Shown piece after piece: positions 49,366 through 60,716 of a stretch of DNA of 64,000 nt. A model generated the notes under the pieces. It saw only the letters and a list, made by a program, of their open reading frames with translations. It made no database searches and was not told the origin of the DNA. Both the position numbers and the translations under genes were made by a program. This DNA comes from Squalus acanthias. Taxonomy: Eukaryota. Position 1 is the stretch's first letter; every line of letters begins with the position of its first letter. Location of the stretch: contig CM059433.1 in the NCBI GenBank assembly GCA_030390025.1, positions 20,400,001-20,464,000 of the forward strand, in the 5' to 3' direction.

Positions 49366-50063
49366 TTAAGCTCATCAAGGAGAGCCAACACGGATTTCTA
49401 AAAGGCAGATCGTGTTTGACTAATCTAATTGAATTTTTTGATGAAGTAACAGAGAGGATTGATGAAGGGAATGCAATGGATGTTCTCTACATGGATTTTT
49501 GGAAGGCGTTTGACAAAGTACCACATAGAAGGCTGGTTAACAAAATTGAGGCTCATGGAATAGGTGGGTCAGTGGCAGCTTGGATAAGGAATTGGCTAAA
49601 GGACAGAAAACAGCGAGTTGTGGTAAATGGCTGTTTTTCAGACTGGAGGATGGTAGACAGTGGTGTTTCCCAAGGGTCAGTGCTGAGGCCACTGATTTTT
49701 TTGATATACATATAAATGACCTGGATATTGGAATACAGTGTAGAAATTCTAAATTTGCCGATGACACCAAACTTAGGGGTGTGGCAAACAGTGATGATGA
49801 TATCAATCGACTGCAACAGGACATAGAAAGGCTAGCAGAATGGGCAGACTAGTGGCAGATGGAATTTAATACAGGGAAGTGTGAGGTGATGCATTTTGGC
49901 AGAAGGAACAGGGAGAGGCAACATACACTTAATGGCACAGTTTTAAAGAGTGTGCAGGGACAGAGGGACCTTGGAGTTAATGTGCATAGGTCCCTGAAGG
50001 TGGCAGGGCATATTGAGAGAGTGGTTAACAAAGCGTATGGGATCTTGGGCTTCATAAATAGAA

Positions 50064-50759
50064 ATGAGAAGTCGCACAACACCAGGTTATAGTCCAACAG
50101 ATTTATTTAATTTTACAAGCTTTCGAAGCAGTTCGCTCCTTCGTCAGGTAAGTTAGCAATGAGAGAATCTCCCAGAATTCACAATTTAAACCCAGACAAA
50201 ATCTATTCACATTATTCACTACAACAAAGAGCACAGCCAAGACAATGAGATGTGTCCCAGGGGGTCCAACGTGTCAAACCACCTGCTGGCTGCATATCCT
50301 GTCAATTTGTGTTTTTGTGTTAGTCTTTTTAAAAAAAAACACCTGGGAAGACCGGCCATGATGTCAAGTCACGTTCTGTATCGTGACATGAACCCGATAT
50401 CGCGATTGAGGCCCTCCTCATGAGTGCGGAACTTGGCTATCAGTTTCTGCTCTATGATTTTGCGCTGTCGTGTATCTCGAAGGCCGCCTTGGAGAATGCT
50501 TACCCGCAGATCCGAGGCTGAATGCCCCTGGCTGCTGAAGTGTTCCCCGACTGGGAGGCAACCCTCCTGCCTGGTGATTGTTGCGCGGTGTCCGTTCATA
50601 CGTTGTCTCAGTGTCTGCATGGTCTCGCCGATGTACCATGCTCTGGAGCATCCTTTACTGCATGTACTGCTCCAGAGCATGGTACATCGGCGAGACCATG
50701 CAGACACTGAGACAACGTATGAACGGACACCGCGCAACAATCGCCAGGCAGGAGGGTTG
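50064..50759 (-). mobile_element. Penelope-like element 3' end with GIY-YIG endonuclease domain and 5' inversion (family A)
   Basis: CSKGCSRAWYIGETMQTLRQRMNGHR...VGEHFS...EQKLIAKFRTHEEGLNRDIGFMSRYRT* (50369-50665); 50668-50759 is an inverted copy of 50559-50650. Confidence 0.93.
50113..50151 (-). ncRNA. Minimal type I hammerhead ribozyme motif (family A)
   Basis: Minus strand TTAC-CTGACGA-A-GGAGC-GAACT-GCTTC-GAAA-GC-TT-GTAA. Confidence 0.78.
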
Positions 50760-51096
50760 TGAAGGCCCTTGAGAGGGTGCAGAGGAGATTTACCAGAATG
50801 ATTCCGGGGATGGGGGATCTTAGCTACAAGGACAGGTTGGAGAAGCTGGAATTGTATTCATTAGAGCAAAGGAGGTTTAGGGGTGATTTGATAGAGGTGT
50901 ACAAGATTATGATGGGTTTGGATAGGCTAGATGGAGAAAAGCTGTTCCCACTAGTTGATGGTACAAGGACTAGGGGACACAGATTTAAGGTTTTGGGCAA
51001 GAGATACGGGGGGATGTGAGGAAAAACTTTTTTACGCAGCAAGTGGTGAGGACCTGGAACTTGCTGCTGATGGAAGTGGTGGAAGAGGAGACACTC

Positions 51097-51762
51097 GGGG
51101 GGAAAAATTGAGTCGTCCCCCCTTTGGGGCGCTAACTTCGCCGGGACGCTACTTTTAGTCCCCTGAAAAATAAGCGCCCCCGCGGCCAAAATTGAGTGGT
51201 AGCGCCCAAAGAGGGAAGCAGGGCGCTACTGGAAGTGCTGGCCTTCCTCCCCTTCTTAAAGGGGAGGGGCCTTGCACAGCGTGGCCCTGGGCCCAGCTGG
51301 GCCACCGGGGATCGGAGTGCTGGCAAAAGAGCCCGGCACTCAAGAGAAGTGCCGGGCTCATGGAGCGCAGCCGGCATTCCGCGGGGGTGTGGGTCAGGAG
51401 GCCGGGGACGGCAGCGGAGGCAGGTGCTGGCAGGCGGCCAGCAACGAAAATGGCTGCCCAGCACCTCGCCTGTAAATAGCGCCGCCCCAGCCGCAGGTAG
51501 GCCCCCCTGACCCAATTGGACATAGCGTCCGGCGATAAGTCAGAGGCCGTTACCAAAGATCGTGGCCGGGGCGCGAGCTGGGCACTGCACACAGCCAGCG
51601 GCGCAGCACCGCGGGGCGCTAACGGTTCCCGCCACCGCTAACCTCCTGCTGAATTTCGCGGGAGGCATTGGCGGAGCTGCGCCCAGGCGCTAGTTGCTTT
51701 GCGCCCCGTTAGCTCCCTCTTAGGACGCTAACGCGAGGCACAAAGCAACCGAATTTTTCCCC
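51097..51762. mobile_element. Harbinger-like MITE (related to 26818)
   Basis: GGGGGGAAAAATT / AATTTTTCCCC ends, CTC TSD; right arm matches 27590-27706. Confidence 0.9.
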
Positions 51763-51939
51763 CTCAATGTTTTCAAGGGAAGACTGGATAGGCACTTGAG
51801 GGAAATAAACTTGCAGGGATACGGGGATAGAGCGGGGGAATGGGACTGACTGGATTGCTCTACAGAGAGCTGGCATGGACTCAGTGGGCCGAATGGCCTC
51901 CTTCTGTGCCGTTATGACTCTGTGATTCTATGGTTCTAA

Positions 51940-52502
51940 GGGGTAATAATTGGGTAGCACCCCCGTGGCCGATTTTCCCAGGTAGCGCCCCGAGAGGGAG
52001 GAGGGGCGCTACTGGAAGGGGAGGGGCCTGGCGCAGCACGTCCCGGCACCCAGCTGGGCCACCAGGGATCGGGAGTGCCGGCAAACGAGCCCGGCACTCG
52101 AGAATGCCGGGCTCACGGAGAGCAGCTGGCATCCCGCGGGGGGGGGCTTCACGGGGGCCGGGGACAGCAATGGGGGCGGGTGGCCAGCAACAAAAATGGC
52201 CGCCCGCCACCTCCCCTTTAACTAGCGCCGCCCCTGCCGCAGGTAGGCCCCCCTGACCCCGGTGAACATCGCGTCCGGCGGTAAGTCGGGGGGCGCCACC
52301 CAATATTACAGCCGGGGCGCGAGAGGGGCGCTGTGCACGGCGATGATGTCATCACCGGCAGTGCAGCGCCGCGCCGCTAACCTCCCACTGAATTTCACGG
52401 GAGGCGTCAGCGGCGCCACGCCCGGGCGCTAGTTGATTTGCGCCCCATTAGCGCACTCTTAGAGCGCTAACAGGAGGTGCAAATTAACCGAATTTAGCCC
52501 CC
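51940..52502. mobile_element. Harbinger-like MITE, paralog of 51097-51762
   Basis: TAA on both flanks; colinear interior; ends CCGAATTTAGCCCCC. Confidence 0.88.
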
Positions 52503-52505
52503 TAA

Positions 52506-52848
52506 GTGTTTAAAATTATGAAGGGTTTAGATAGAGTAAATAAAAAGAAACTGTTTCCAATGGCTGAAAGGTCGATAACCAGAGAACACAGATATAAGGT
52601 GACTGGCAAAAGAACCAGAGGTGTTATGAGGAAAAACCTTTTTACGCAGTGAGTGGTTAGGATTTGGTGGATACAGATTCAATAGTCGTCTTCAAAAGAG
52701 AATTGGATATATTTTTGAAGGAGAAAAAATTGCAGGGATATGGGGAAAGAGCGGGGGAGCGGGACTAACTGGATTGCTCTTCGAAAGAGCCGGCACAGAC
52801 TCGATGGGCCGAATCTTCTGTGCTGTACTATTTTTATGATTCTATGAT
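52506..52848 (+). mobile_element. CR1 3' end
   Basis: VFKIMKGLDRVNKKKLFPMA ... TATGATTCTATGATT tail. Confidence 0.88.
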
Positions 52849-53682
52849 TACTGGCTTTATGCAGCTCAGGTTTGGCTTCGAATAAGCACAACACTTGTCA
52901 TTGATATTTTCCAACTGAACAATAAAAAGCCTGGCTTAACTGTAACAGAGTAACACTGAGCAGCAGCTCCTCTGAGCCTTGAATACCTTGTTATTCTCAG
53001 GCTACTCATATTCAATCAATAGAAATAATCGGCCAACTCGGATTTCGGAAATGCATGAAAGCTCGTGTGTCAAGTCTGGTTTGCAGACTGTGACTAATAC
53101 TCAGCAAGCTTAAAACTTGGAATGTATGTTTGCAGAAACAGTGGATTTTGTTTTAATTTACACAGCTCCGTGTGACCTACTCTCATCAATGAAATAAATT
53201 CATGTCTCAGAGCTTCGAAAGGTATTCTGGATTCTCAAATAGGCCAGCGTGATCTTTTCAATGATCTCAGTGGAAGGCTGGAACTGGAAGTGTCGGTTTT
53301 GGAACCTCCCACTATGCTTATATGGATCCACCCAAGGAATGGTTATCTGTCATCGACTCACTATTGAAAGGTTCAAAAACAATGCACATCAGATTCTATG
53401 GGGTGTAATCTTTGATAAGCAAGTGTTTCTTTCGCCATCTTATTCGTATCTCGGTCTTCTTGCAATTAAAATGAGTCCATTAGAGGGATTTAAAAAGAAG
53501 AGCCAGTGACTCAATACATAGTTTTAATTCCCATAATTTTACTGAGGCAAAGTTGGAGAACACAAGGAAAGAGGTTTCACCCATTAATCTGTATAATTTG
53601 TTTCTTCATAATAGGTAAGATTGTGCTAACGTGGGCTGTTAACACTTTATTAAAAACACAATGTTGTCAGTAAAGAAATAAT

Positions 53683-54822
53683 GGCCCAGAATTTGCTGGG
53701 AAAGTAACGGCGAGTTTAATGAGCGTTTAATTAGTGTATAAATAACCCTGCGGTTTGTGACGAGGAAGAGATACGGCGTAAGTTACGAATTGCCACAAGT
53801 TGCTGGATGATTTGCGCTGCTCTGTCGTTAGCCTCGCCAAAATGGGAGCTCGCCCTCGACCTTCCCGTGTCAAGAAATTGCTGCACTTGTGCTGCTAAAA
53901 CAAATTAAACTTGTCGCAGAAAGTTAGGACTGGTACTTAACAAGATAAGGACCCTTTCAATGACAAGATATATGTTCCTGCAATGCATTCAACCTCTCCA
54001 GCCCAGAAAGGGAACAATTGAAACTGTGGAGTCTCACTCCTGCAGGTAGTAAATTGTTCTTGGAGGTTTTTAAAATTTTAAAGATTTTAATTTTTTTCTG
54101 ACTTTTCCTTTCTGTCTCTTTTCTCTCTCTCTCTGTTAATCCAAGCTTTCTTTCCCTCTCTATTTCTCTTTCTGTAGCTGATTTGACTCTAATTCGCCCT
54201 ATTTCCTTCTCCATCATTCCTCTGTTGCTTTCTCTAGCCTTAAATCTCCTGAATTAAGGAGGTAGATTGTTGGTTCCATCGTTCACCAAGGTCCCAGATG
54301 CCCCATTGCCCTCGAAATTTTTCGAGCTGAAGGGTGAGGAAAAGAAGTCCAACTCACGGGGCACGCCGCGAGCTTATGTGGAATTACACAGAAATTACAG
54401 CAAAGAAACAGGCCATTCGGCCCAACTGGTCCATGCTTGCGTTTATGCTCCACATGCCACTTCATCTGACTCTCTCAGCATATCCTTCGATTCCTTCCTC
54501 CCTTATGTGCTTATCTAGCTTCTCCTAAAACGCATCTATGCTATTCGCCTGAACTTACTCCCTGTGGCAGCAAGTTCCACATTCTCACCACTCTTTGCAC
54601 CCGGTTTCCCACGTTCCAGCAGAAGTCAATGGATAGTGATCAGGGACAACAATCCCAGCTGGGTTTCCCCTTTCCTAACCCAGGTCTGCTGAAGTCAGCT
54701 GTTCCCTGACTATTAGCACCCTGTGGCTGAGATGAAAAATTATCAAGTTGAAGGGTGAGGGAAAAAAAATCTTAACAAACGAGGCACATCGTGAGATACC
54801 CAGCCTCAGCAAATTCTGGGCC
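53683..54822 (+). mobile_element. Harbinger-like MITE or composite of two copies
   Basis: Perfect 16-bp TIR GGCCCAGAATTTGCTG, but flanks differ (AAT / TCT); CR1 tail fragment inside at about 54385-54595. Confidence 0.75.
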
Positions 54823-55253
54823 TCTGATAGCTCAGCGCGCAATGTCCTCTGTGTAATGTATAGAAATTGAGATTTTATCTATGAACAAAGTAATCTAACT
54901 TCTTTTGTAACCTTGTCCTAGCTTAGATAAAAGCTGTACTATATTTTGTTAAAATTATTATTACAATTACACATTTAAATCTGCGTAGAGTTATAAATTA
55001 TTGAATGATTCTTTCCTATCAGGGAGTCTGTTGATGCAAAGTGCATTCACGTATACTGCAATCTTATATTCCCCGATGGTAAGCAGGAAAATTACTGAAC
55101 ACTTCAGTTTTGTTAGAACAAGTGAAGTAGCCAAGAGATCTCACAGAAATTTTCAGGATTTGCCATTCTGTAAGTAGCTGTACAGGACAACCAGTCTTAA
55201 GTGATATTGTCACACTGATCTAACAGACAGCTCCTAGCTAGCAGACTCTAATT

Positions 55254-55390
55254 GAGTTCTGACGAAAGGTCATCGACCTGAAACGTTGGCTTTGTTTCTC
55301 TCTCTACAGATGCTGCCTGACCTGCTGAGTGTTTCCAGCACTTTCTGTTTTTATTTCAGATTTCCAGCATCTGCAGTATTTTGCTTTTTG
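55254..55390 (+). mobile_element. Short Penelope family B tail beginning at its hammerhead (55255-55291)
   Basis: AGTT-CTGACGA-A-AGGTC-ATC-GACCT-GAAA-CG-TT-GGCT, then the family tail. Confidence 0.85.
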
Positions 55391-56323
55391 TAATTTAGTG
55401 CCTGTTATTTAGTAAGGACATTGTTGTGGTCAGAAAATAAGCAGGGAATGAATTTGTTCCTTGATGAATAACACTTTCAAGGTGTCTTGAATGAATTTGT
55501 GACAATCTGTGGAATCCACAAAGGATACCTGAATAGGATGCTTTACATTTCACAAACAAAGGAGGCAGCTCTGTTCACAAACATTGAGAGATCTGTAAAT
55601 ATAAAGACTGCAAATGCTGAAACTCTAAAATAAAAACAAAAACAAAAATGTTTTGTCGATCAGCATCTGAAAGAAAGATGAAGGTTAGCACTTCATCAGA
55701 ACTGTCAGGTTTTTTTGTTGCGGAGTGGAGTCATATTTTCCCTTTCAGATGCTGATCAGTCGGCTGTGCATTTACATCATCTTGTGGAAATATAATTGAA
55801 ATCCATATGGCGAATTCAACAGTGTTTTCCGTGACTTCCCACATAGTATCCTATGCACAATATTTGTATATTTTATTTAGAAATTATCTTTAGCAATTGA
55901 GTTTTCATCTGGCATGGCATTTCAGTGATGGCGAGGACAAGTACACAGCTAGTTCCCAATGACCTGCCCTGCTCACATTGTGAACATCTGTAACGTATGT
56001 GGAACAAATTCCATATCCCACCAGGAGAATTGCAATGTACTGTATTGAGACTCCAGTGCATGATGACACAGGCCACATCCAGTTGGATGTGGATTTGAGT
56101 GTCTGGTCCATCATAACTCCACGTTGCTCATTTCTGTCAAATCTACTGTGGGAAACCACTGAGACCAGGTGCTTCTAAACAGGGGAGAGCAAAAGTCAGA
56201 GGAAAATACATCGGCAACTCTTGTAGAGTTCCTAATTGCCAACTCAAATGCAACTTAAGTGGAGGCCTTGGAGCAGGCTCCTTTGCTCACTCCGTTGAGT
56301 GCAGTTGGTAGGGGGAGCACAAG

Positions 56324-56465
56324 GACCTACCAAGGGGAGAAGTGGAAAAATGGAATGAGATGTGACATCTGCAAAATTAGTAAAATTACATATTCCACAT
56401 CAATTTTATTAATTTTGCAGATGTCACATCTCATTCCATTTTTCCACTTCACCCCATGGTAGGTC
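56324..56465. repeat. Near-perfect inverted repeat, 64-bp arms, 14-nt loop
   Basis: 56324-56387 vs 56402-56465, three differences. Confidence 0.95.
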
Positions 56466-57028
56466 AGAAGAGTATTAACAAGAAACACTATTAGACTTTG
56501 AAGATCTTTGAATATTATTATTATGAATATTTTCAAAAGGACAGCTTTCTCTGAGCTGAAAAGATCTTGTCTGGTCTTTTTGTTACAGTGACAGAGTCTG
56601 AATTGTTTGTTCCCTTGACTTCAACGTTCAAATGGTAGCTTCGATCGTGTATTAGATTGGTGCATTGATATAATTAACAAATGATTCCTTTGATTAGAAA
56701 GTTGTGTTTTATTCAACTGCGATGACTTGTATATTTGATGTAGATCTGTGAGCTGTTAATAAGTCTGTTCACATTCTGTCAATGAAGATGCATGTTTTAT
56801 GATGTTTTTCGTAGTTTTTAAGTGGATTTATCCAAGAGATGCATTGTTTGATTTGTCATAGCAACTTCCCTTGTTCATCAAAAAGTTACACAAGCTATTA
56901 TTTTACTTCGAACGCAAGAAACTGCGGATGCTGGAAATCCGAAATAAAGACAGAAAATGCTGGAAATACTCAACAGGTCAGGCAGCATCTGTGGTGAGAG
57001 AAACAGAGTTAACATCAACGTTAACTCT

Positions 57029-58449
57029 GGCCGGAATTTTCCCTACCTGGGCAGGTCCGGTGCGGGCGGCGTCCGTGGCGAGTCGCGACCCCGCTGTTGG
57101 CTCCATCCCACTGTACAAAATGAACTTACCTTAATGGGGCCTATTAAGCCCGCCCAGCGGGTTACCCGGTCCAATGAGATGGAGCGGGTCTGGTGATTTC
57201 ATTAATGACGCGTTTTCGGCCGGGATCTTTAAAGGGACCACGGCCACATTACATTTGAAGTTTAATCTAACAAAGTGGGTGTTGAAACTTTACCCTACAA
57301 TAATATAATAAAAGTTATATACGAGTGACAAAGAAATATTTAAATAATATTATCATTAAGTAATATGATGCCATCTACAAATACGATCAAGAACATCATT
57401 TAAAAAGTACATTCATTGGGAAGTTATTGGTGCTTTAGTCACAATAGACTTTTGCATCAGTAACTGGTACAAATAAAATATGTGTGTGTATATAAAATTA
57501 AGCAGATTTTTAATGTAATTGTAAAGGGGTGGATTTACAATCTTGTGCAAGTTCAGCAAAAGAGCTGCGGAATCCCTGACAAACAGTGTAAGTGGTGCTT
57601 ACAATGTGTTTCTGGGATTTCTGCAGCTCTTCCGTTGAAGTTAACAATGGACAAGTGAGAGAACCTCTGCAGAAATTCACTCCAAAGTCTCAGACTGAAA
57701 AATTAAGTTAGTCATATTCAGGGACTGAAAGCAAATTGAACCAGTGAAACGAGTGATGAGAATGAAATTGTTATGGTTGATGACTTGATTTAATCTGTAA
57801 CTGGACAATCACAGTATACTGTGAGAAAAACCTGACCAGAAACAACACAAACATTTATTTAAATGGTATATGTCATTTTTTATAGTGCAGATCAATTCAC
57901 TGCAATTACTGATGAGTTGGAAGGCAACAGCCGAGAATGGCCAGTGAAAAATGTATTTCCCTCACCATCCAGGGTAGGAGGGGAGCCTTCAGCACTCACA
58001 TCCCTTCAGGAATTTCTGAATTAACATTTACCAGTAGCTTTTCAAGTAGAACAGAATCTCCATCAATCTGTTAGCTGATGTGATCAACATGTTTTTATTT
58101 TGGTTTGTTTTCATGTTTTCAAGTAATCAGCTGGAGCAAAGGCCATGGAACTCACGCCTCAGGTTAACAGATGTGGTTCCCGAGCTGCGTGAATCCCGTG
58201 GCCATGCAGGTAAATTAAAAAAATTGGGGGGAAAAGGCTCTTAAGTGCCTGTAAAGTACCTCATAATGATTTCAATTGGGTCCCCCGGTCGGGTCGGGTC
58301 GGGTCGGCTCCACGATGACAGACGCACCTGTGGGAAAGGCGCGTGGGAGCGAGATGACAGCGGGTTCCTGACCCGCTGTCAAAAATGACAACTTTCCCAC
58401 CCGACCCGCCACCAATCTCGTCCGCTACCGCCCCTGGAAAATTCAGCCC
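57029..58449. mobile_element. Harbinger element with the ends of 33910-35644 but an unrelated interior
   Basis: TIRs GGCCGGAATTTTCC / GGAAAATTCAGCCC, TCT TSD confirmed by the interrupted Penelope tail. Confidence 0.9.
57526..57683. mobile_element. Small old fold-back MITE
   Basis: GGGGTGGATTT / AAATTCACTCC ends; internal AAGAGCTGCGGAATCCC / GGGATTTCTGCAGCTCTT. Confidence 0.65.
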
Positions 58450-59442
58450 TCTGTTTCTCTCTCCACAGATGCTGCCTGACCTGCTAAGTATTGCCAGCAT
58501 TTTCTGTTTTTATTATTTATTATTTTATTTAATCAAGGAAAGAGAACACCCGAGAATCTCCAGACGCGTTGGTTTGGCAAATACAAAGTTACCAGCAAGT
58601 CGTAGAGAAATTCTTTTGAAAACTGTCAGTCGGAACAGGCCATAAAGTTCTCAATGGTTTTAAGTTTTGAGCTGTACTATATAAAAGGATACAGTTCAAG
58701 GAAAGTCGGGGACAAAGGTTTGATTGTGGGAACAGCTGTTACACCATTGAGATAGAAGGCGGTGCTCAAAGCTCCAAACCTGAGACAGTCACGATTAAAT
58801 CATCCTGGTCAGTAATGTGCTTGAGGAAGTAATTAACATTTCCAGCATCAACAAGTGCAGCCAGTAATGAAGAGACATCGGGGGTCCTTTTGACTTTTGG
58901 GGACAGTGTGAAACGGGCGATAGCGATTCAGTCGTCCATTACACATCTCTCTCGATTTTAATTTTCATCACCCAAAGCCAAAATTATCCTCACTGAAACT
59001 GGAGCACCAACTCTGGGACTTCGCCTTCTCATAAAAGAAAAGAGAAACAGAGAGGATTTAGAGGAGATTAGCAGTAGCATGGAGAGTTGAAAAAAGAAGC
59101 CAGCCAGGAGAAATAATAAAGCACAAAAGATTTCCTTTGTGAGTTATAATGAACCAAATTTGAATATGTAAATTGGACAGAATTAATATAATTCCTAATT
59201 CAGCTATACTTACCAAAATTACTACTTTCTTAAAAGTTAGCAAAGTAAGACTAACAGATTGTTTAGTTTTATTGAGGAACGTGTTAATTCCAGAGCTTAG
59301 GGCCTAGGCAGCTGAAGGCTGACAGAGCAAGATGGCAAGATGCCAGGGTAGAGGAAGGTACCTGGTGTTTTTCAGAATTGAGGATTGGTGCAATGGCAGG
59401 GAACTGCCCTGTGGTTTGACATAACTGGGGTCGGAATATGGA

Positions 59443-60245
59443 TCATAGGAACGGAAGTAGGCCTTTCAGCCTCCCGAGCCCTGGTCCGCCATTCTATTAG
59501 AATATGGCTGATCTGTAGTTCAACTCCATTTGCCCAATTTTTCTCCATATCCCTTGATACGCTTACCTAACAAAAGTCTATTGATCTTGAAATTTTCAAT
59601 TGAGCCAGCATCCACAGCTTTCTGGGGGAGAAAGTTCCAGGTTTCCATTACCCTTTGTTTGAAAAAGTGCTTCCTGAATTCTCTCCTAAATGGCCGAGCT
59701 CTAATTTTAAGATTATGCTCCCTTGTTCTGGATTCCCTGACCAGAGGGGAGAGTTTCTCTGTATCTATACCTTTATCATTTTAAAGACCTCGATCAGATC
59801 ACCCCTTAACCTTCTAAAATCAAGTTTATGCAACCTGTCCCATAATTTAACCCATTATAGCCCTAGTATAATTCTGGTGAATCTGCACTGTGCTCCTCCA
59901 AGGCCAATATATATTTCCTGTGATTAAAAACAGAAAATGCTGGAGATACTCAGCAGGTCAGGCAGCATCTGTGAAGCGAGAAACAGAGTTAACGTTTCAG
60001 GTCGATGACCTTTCGTCAGATATCTTTACTGTGGTTCAGTGCCCAAAACTGAATGCAGTACTCCAGATGGGGGTCTGACCAAGTCTCTATGCAACTGAGC
60101 ATCACCTCCTCTCCTTTTGTATTCCAGCCCCCTTGAGATAAAGGCCAACATTTCATTAACCTTTCTGATTACTGTTTGTACCTGTGCACCAGCTTTGAGT
60201 AATATGTGTACGTGGATCTTGTGCACATGGGTCTTTGCTCACTGA
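59443..60245 (-). mobile_element. Decayed CR1 3' part containing a Penelope family B tail (59925-60020, hammerhead core 59987-60019)
   Basis: QVQTVIRKVNEMLAFISRGLEYK; insert reads CTGACGA-A-AGGTC-ATC-GACCT-GAAA-CG-TT-AACT on the minus strand. Confidence 0.85.
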
Positions 60246-60716
60246 TAGTTTTGTAGGATCTGTCAGCAGTGCGAGGGGACAGGGCAAAGGTCCGATAATT
60301 TCGTATAACTCTTTGTAAATCTTGAATGAATAGTTTTCTGATCAGTGCCTGGATTAGATAAATATCACAGCTACAAAAATAAATTGGCCTATGAATTCGG
60401 CCACACACGCACGTTTTCCGTTTGCTAACGGACCTACTAAGACTCCAGTACAGTGGGCAGGAAGCGCACGCACATCTCTGGATGGATATTAGCCGCCCGC
60501 TATATTGGGGAAAGGACAAAAGATTGTTGTGCAGTGCCCAACCCTGAAACAGGCATTAGGTCCTTTGCATATTCAAATAAGGTGTTCAACGCCTCACTGC
60601 AAGATTGGTTTGCACTCAGGAACTCCAAACCATGGGCCCGCCTGTCAATCAACAAGATAAGTGTTTGAAATATACTTACCTGAATGTGGAGCCGGGAGAA
60701 GCACATGCCGTTCAAA

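Larger units (their letters stand above)
47760..51936 (+). mobile_element. CR1 LINE RT-to-3'UTR, broken by three insertions
   Basis: Host pieces 47760-48061, 49366-50063, 50760-51096 and 51763-51936 join into KSLGPDGLHPR...HLERFKLIKESQHGF...FADDTK...ALERVQRRF...tail. Confidence 0.9.
56920..58515. mobile_element. Inverted pair of Penelope family B tails, split by a Harbinger element
   Basis: Minus arm 56920-57013; plus arm 57017-57028 continuing at 58450-58515. Confidence 0.8.

Noticed and set aside
55600..55790. Additional hammerhead (minus strand AGTTCTGATGAAG) in an old inverted Penelope-like pair
   Set aside because: Helix II and GAAA are missing; too decayed to call.
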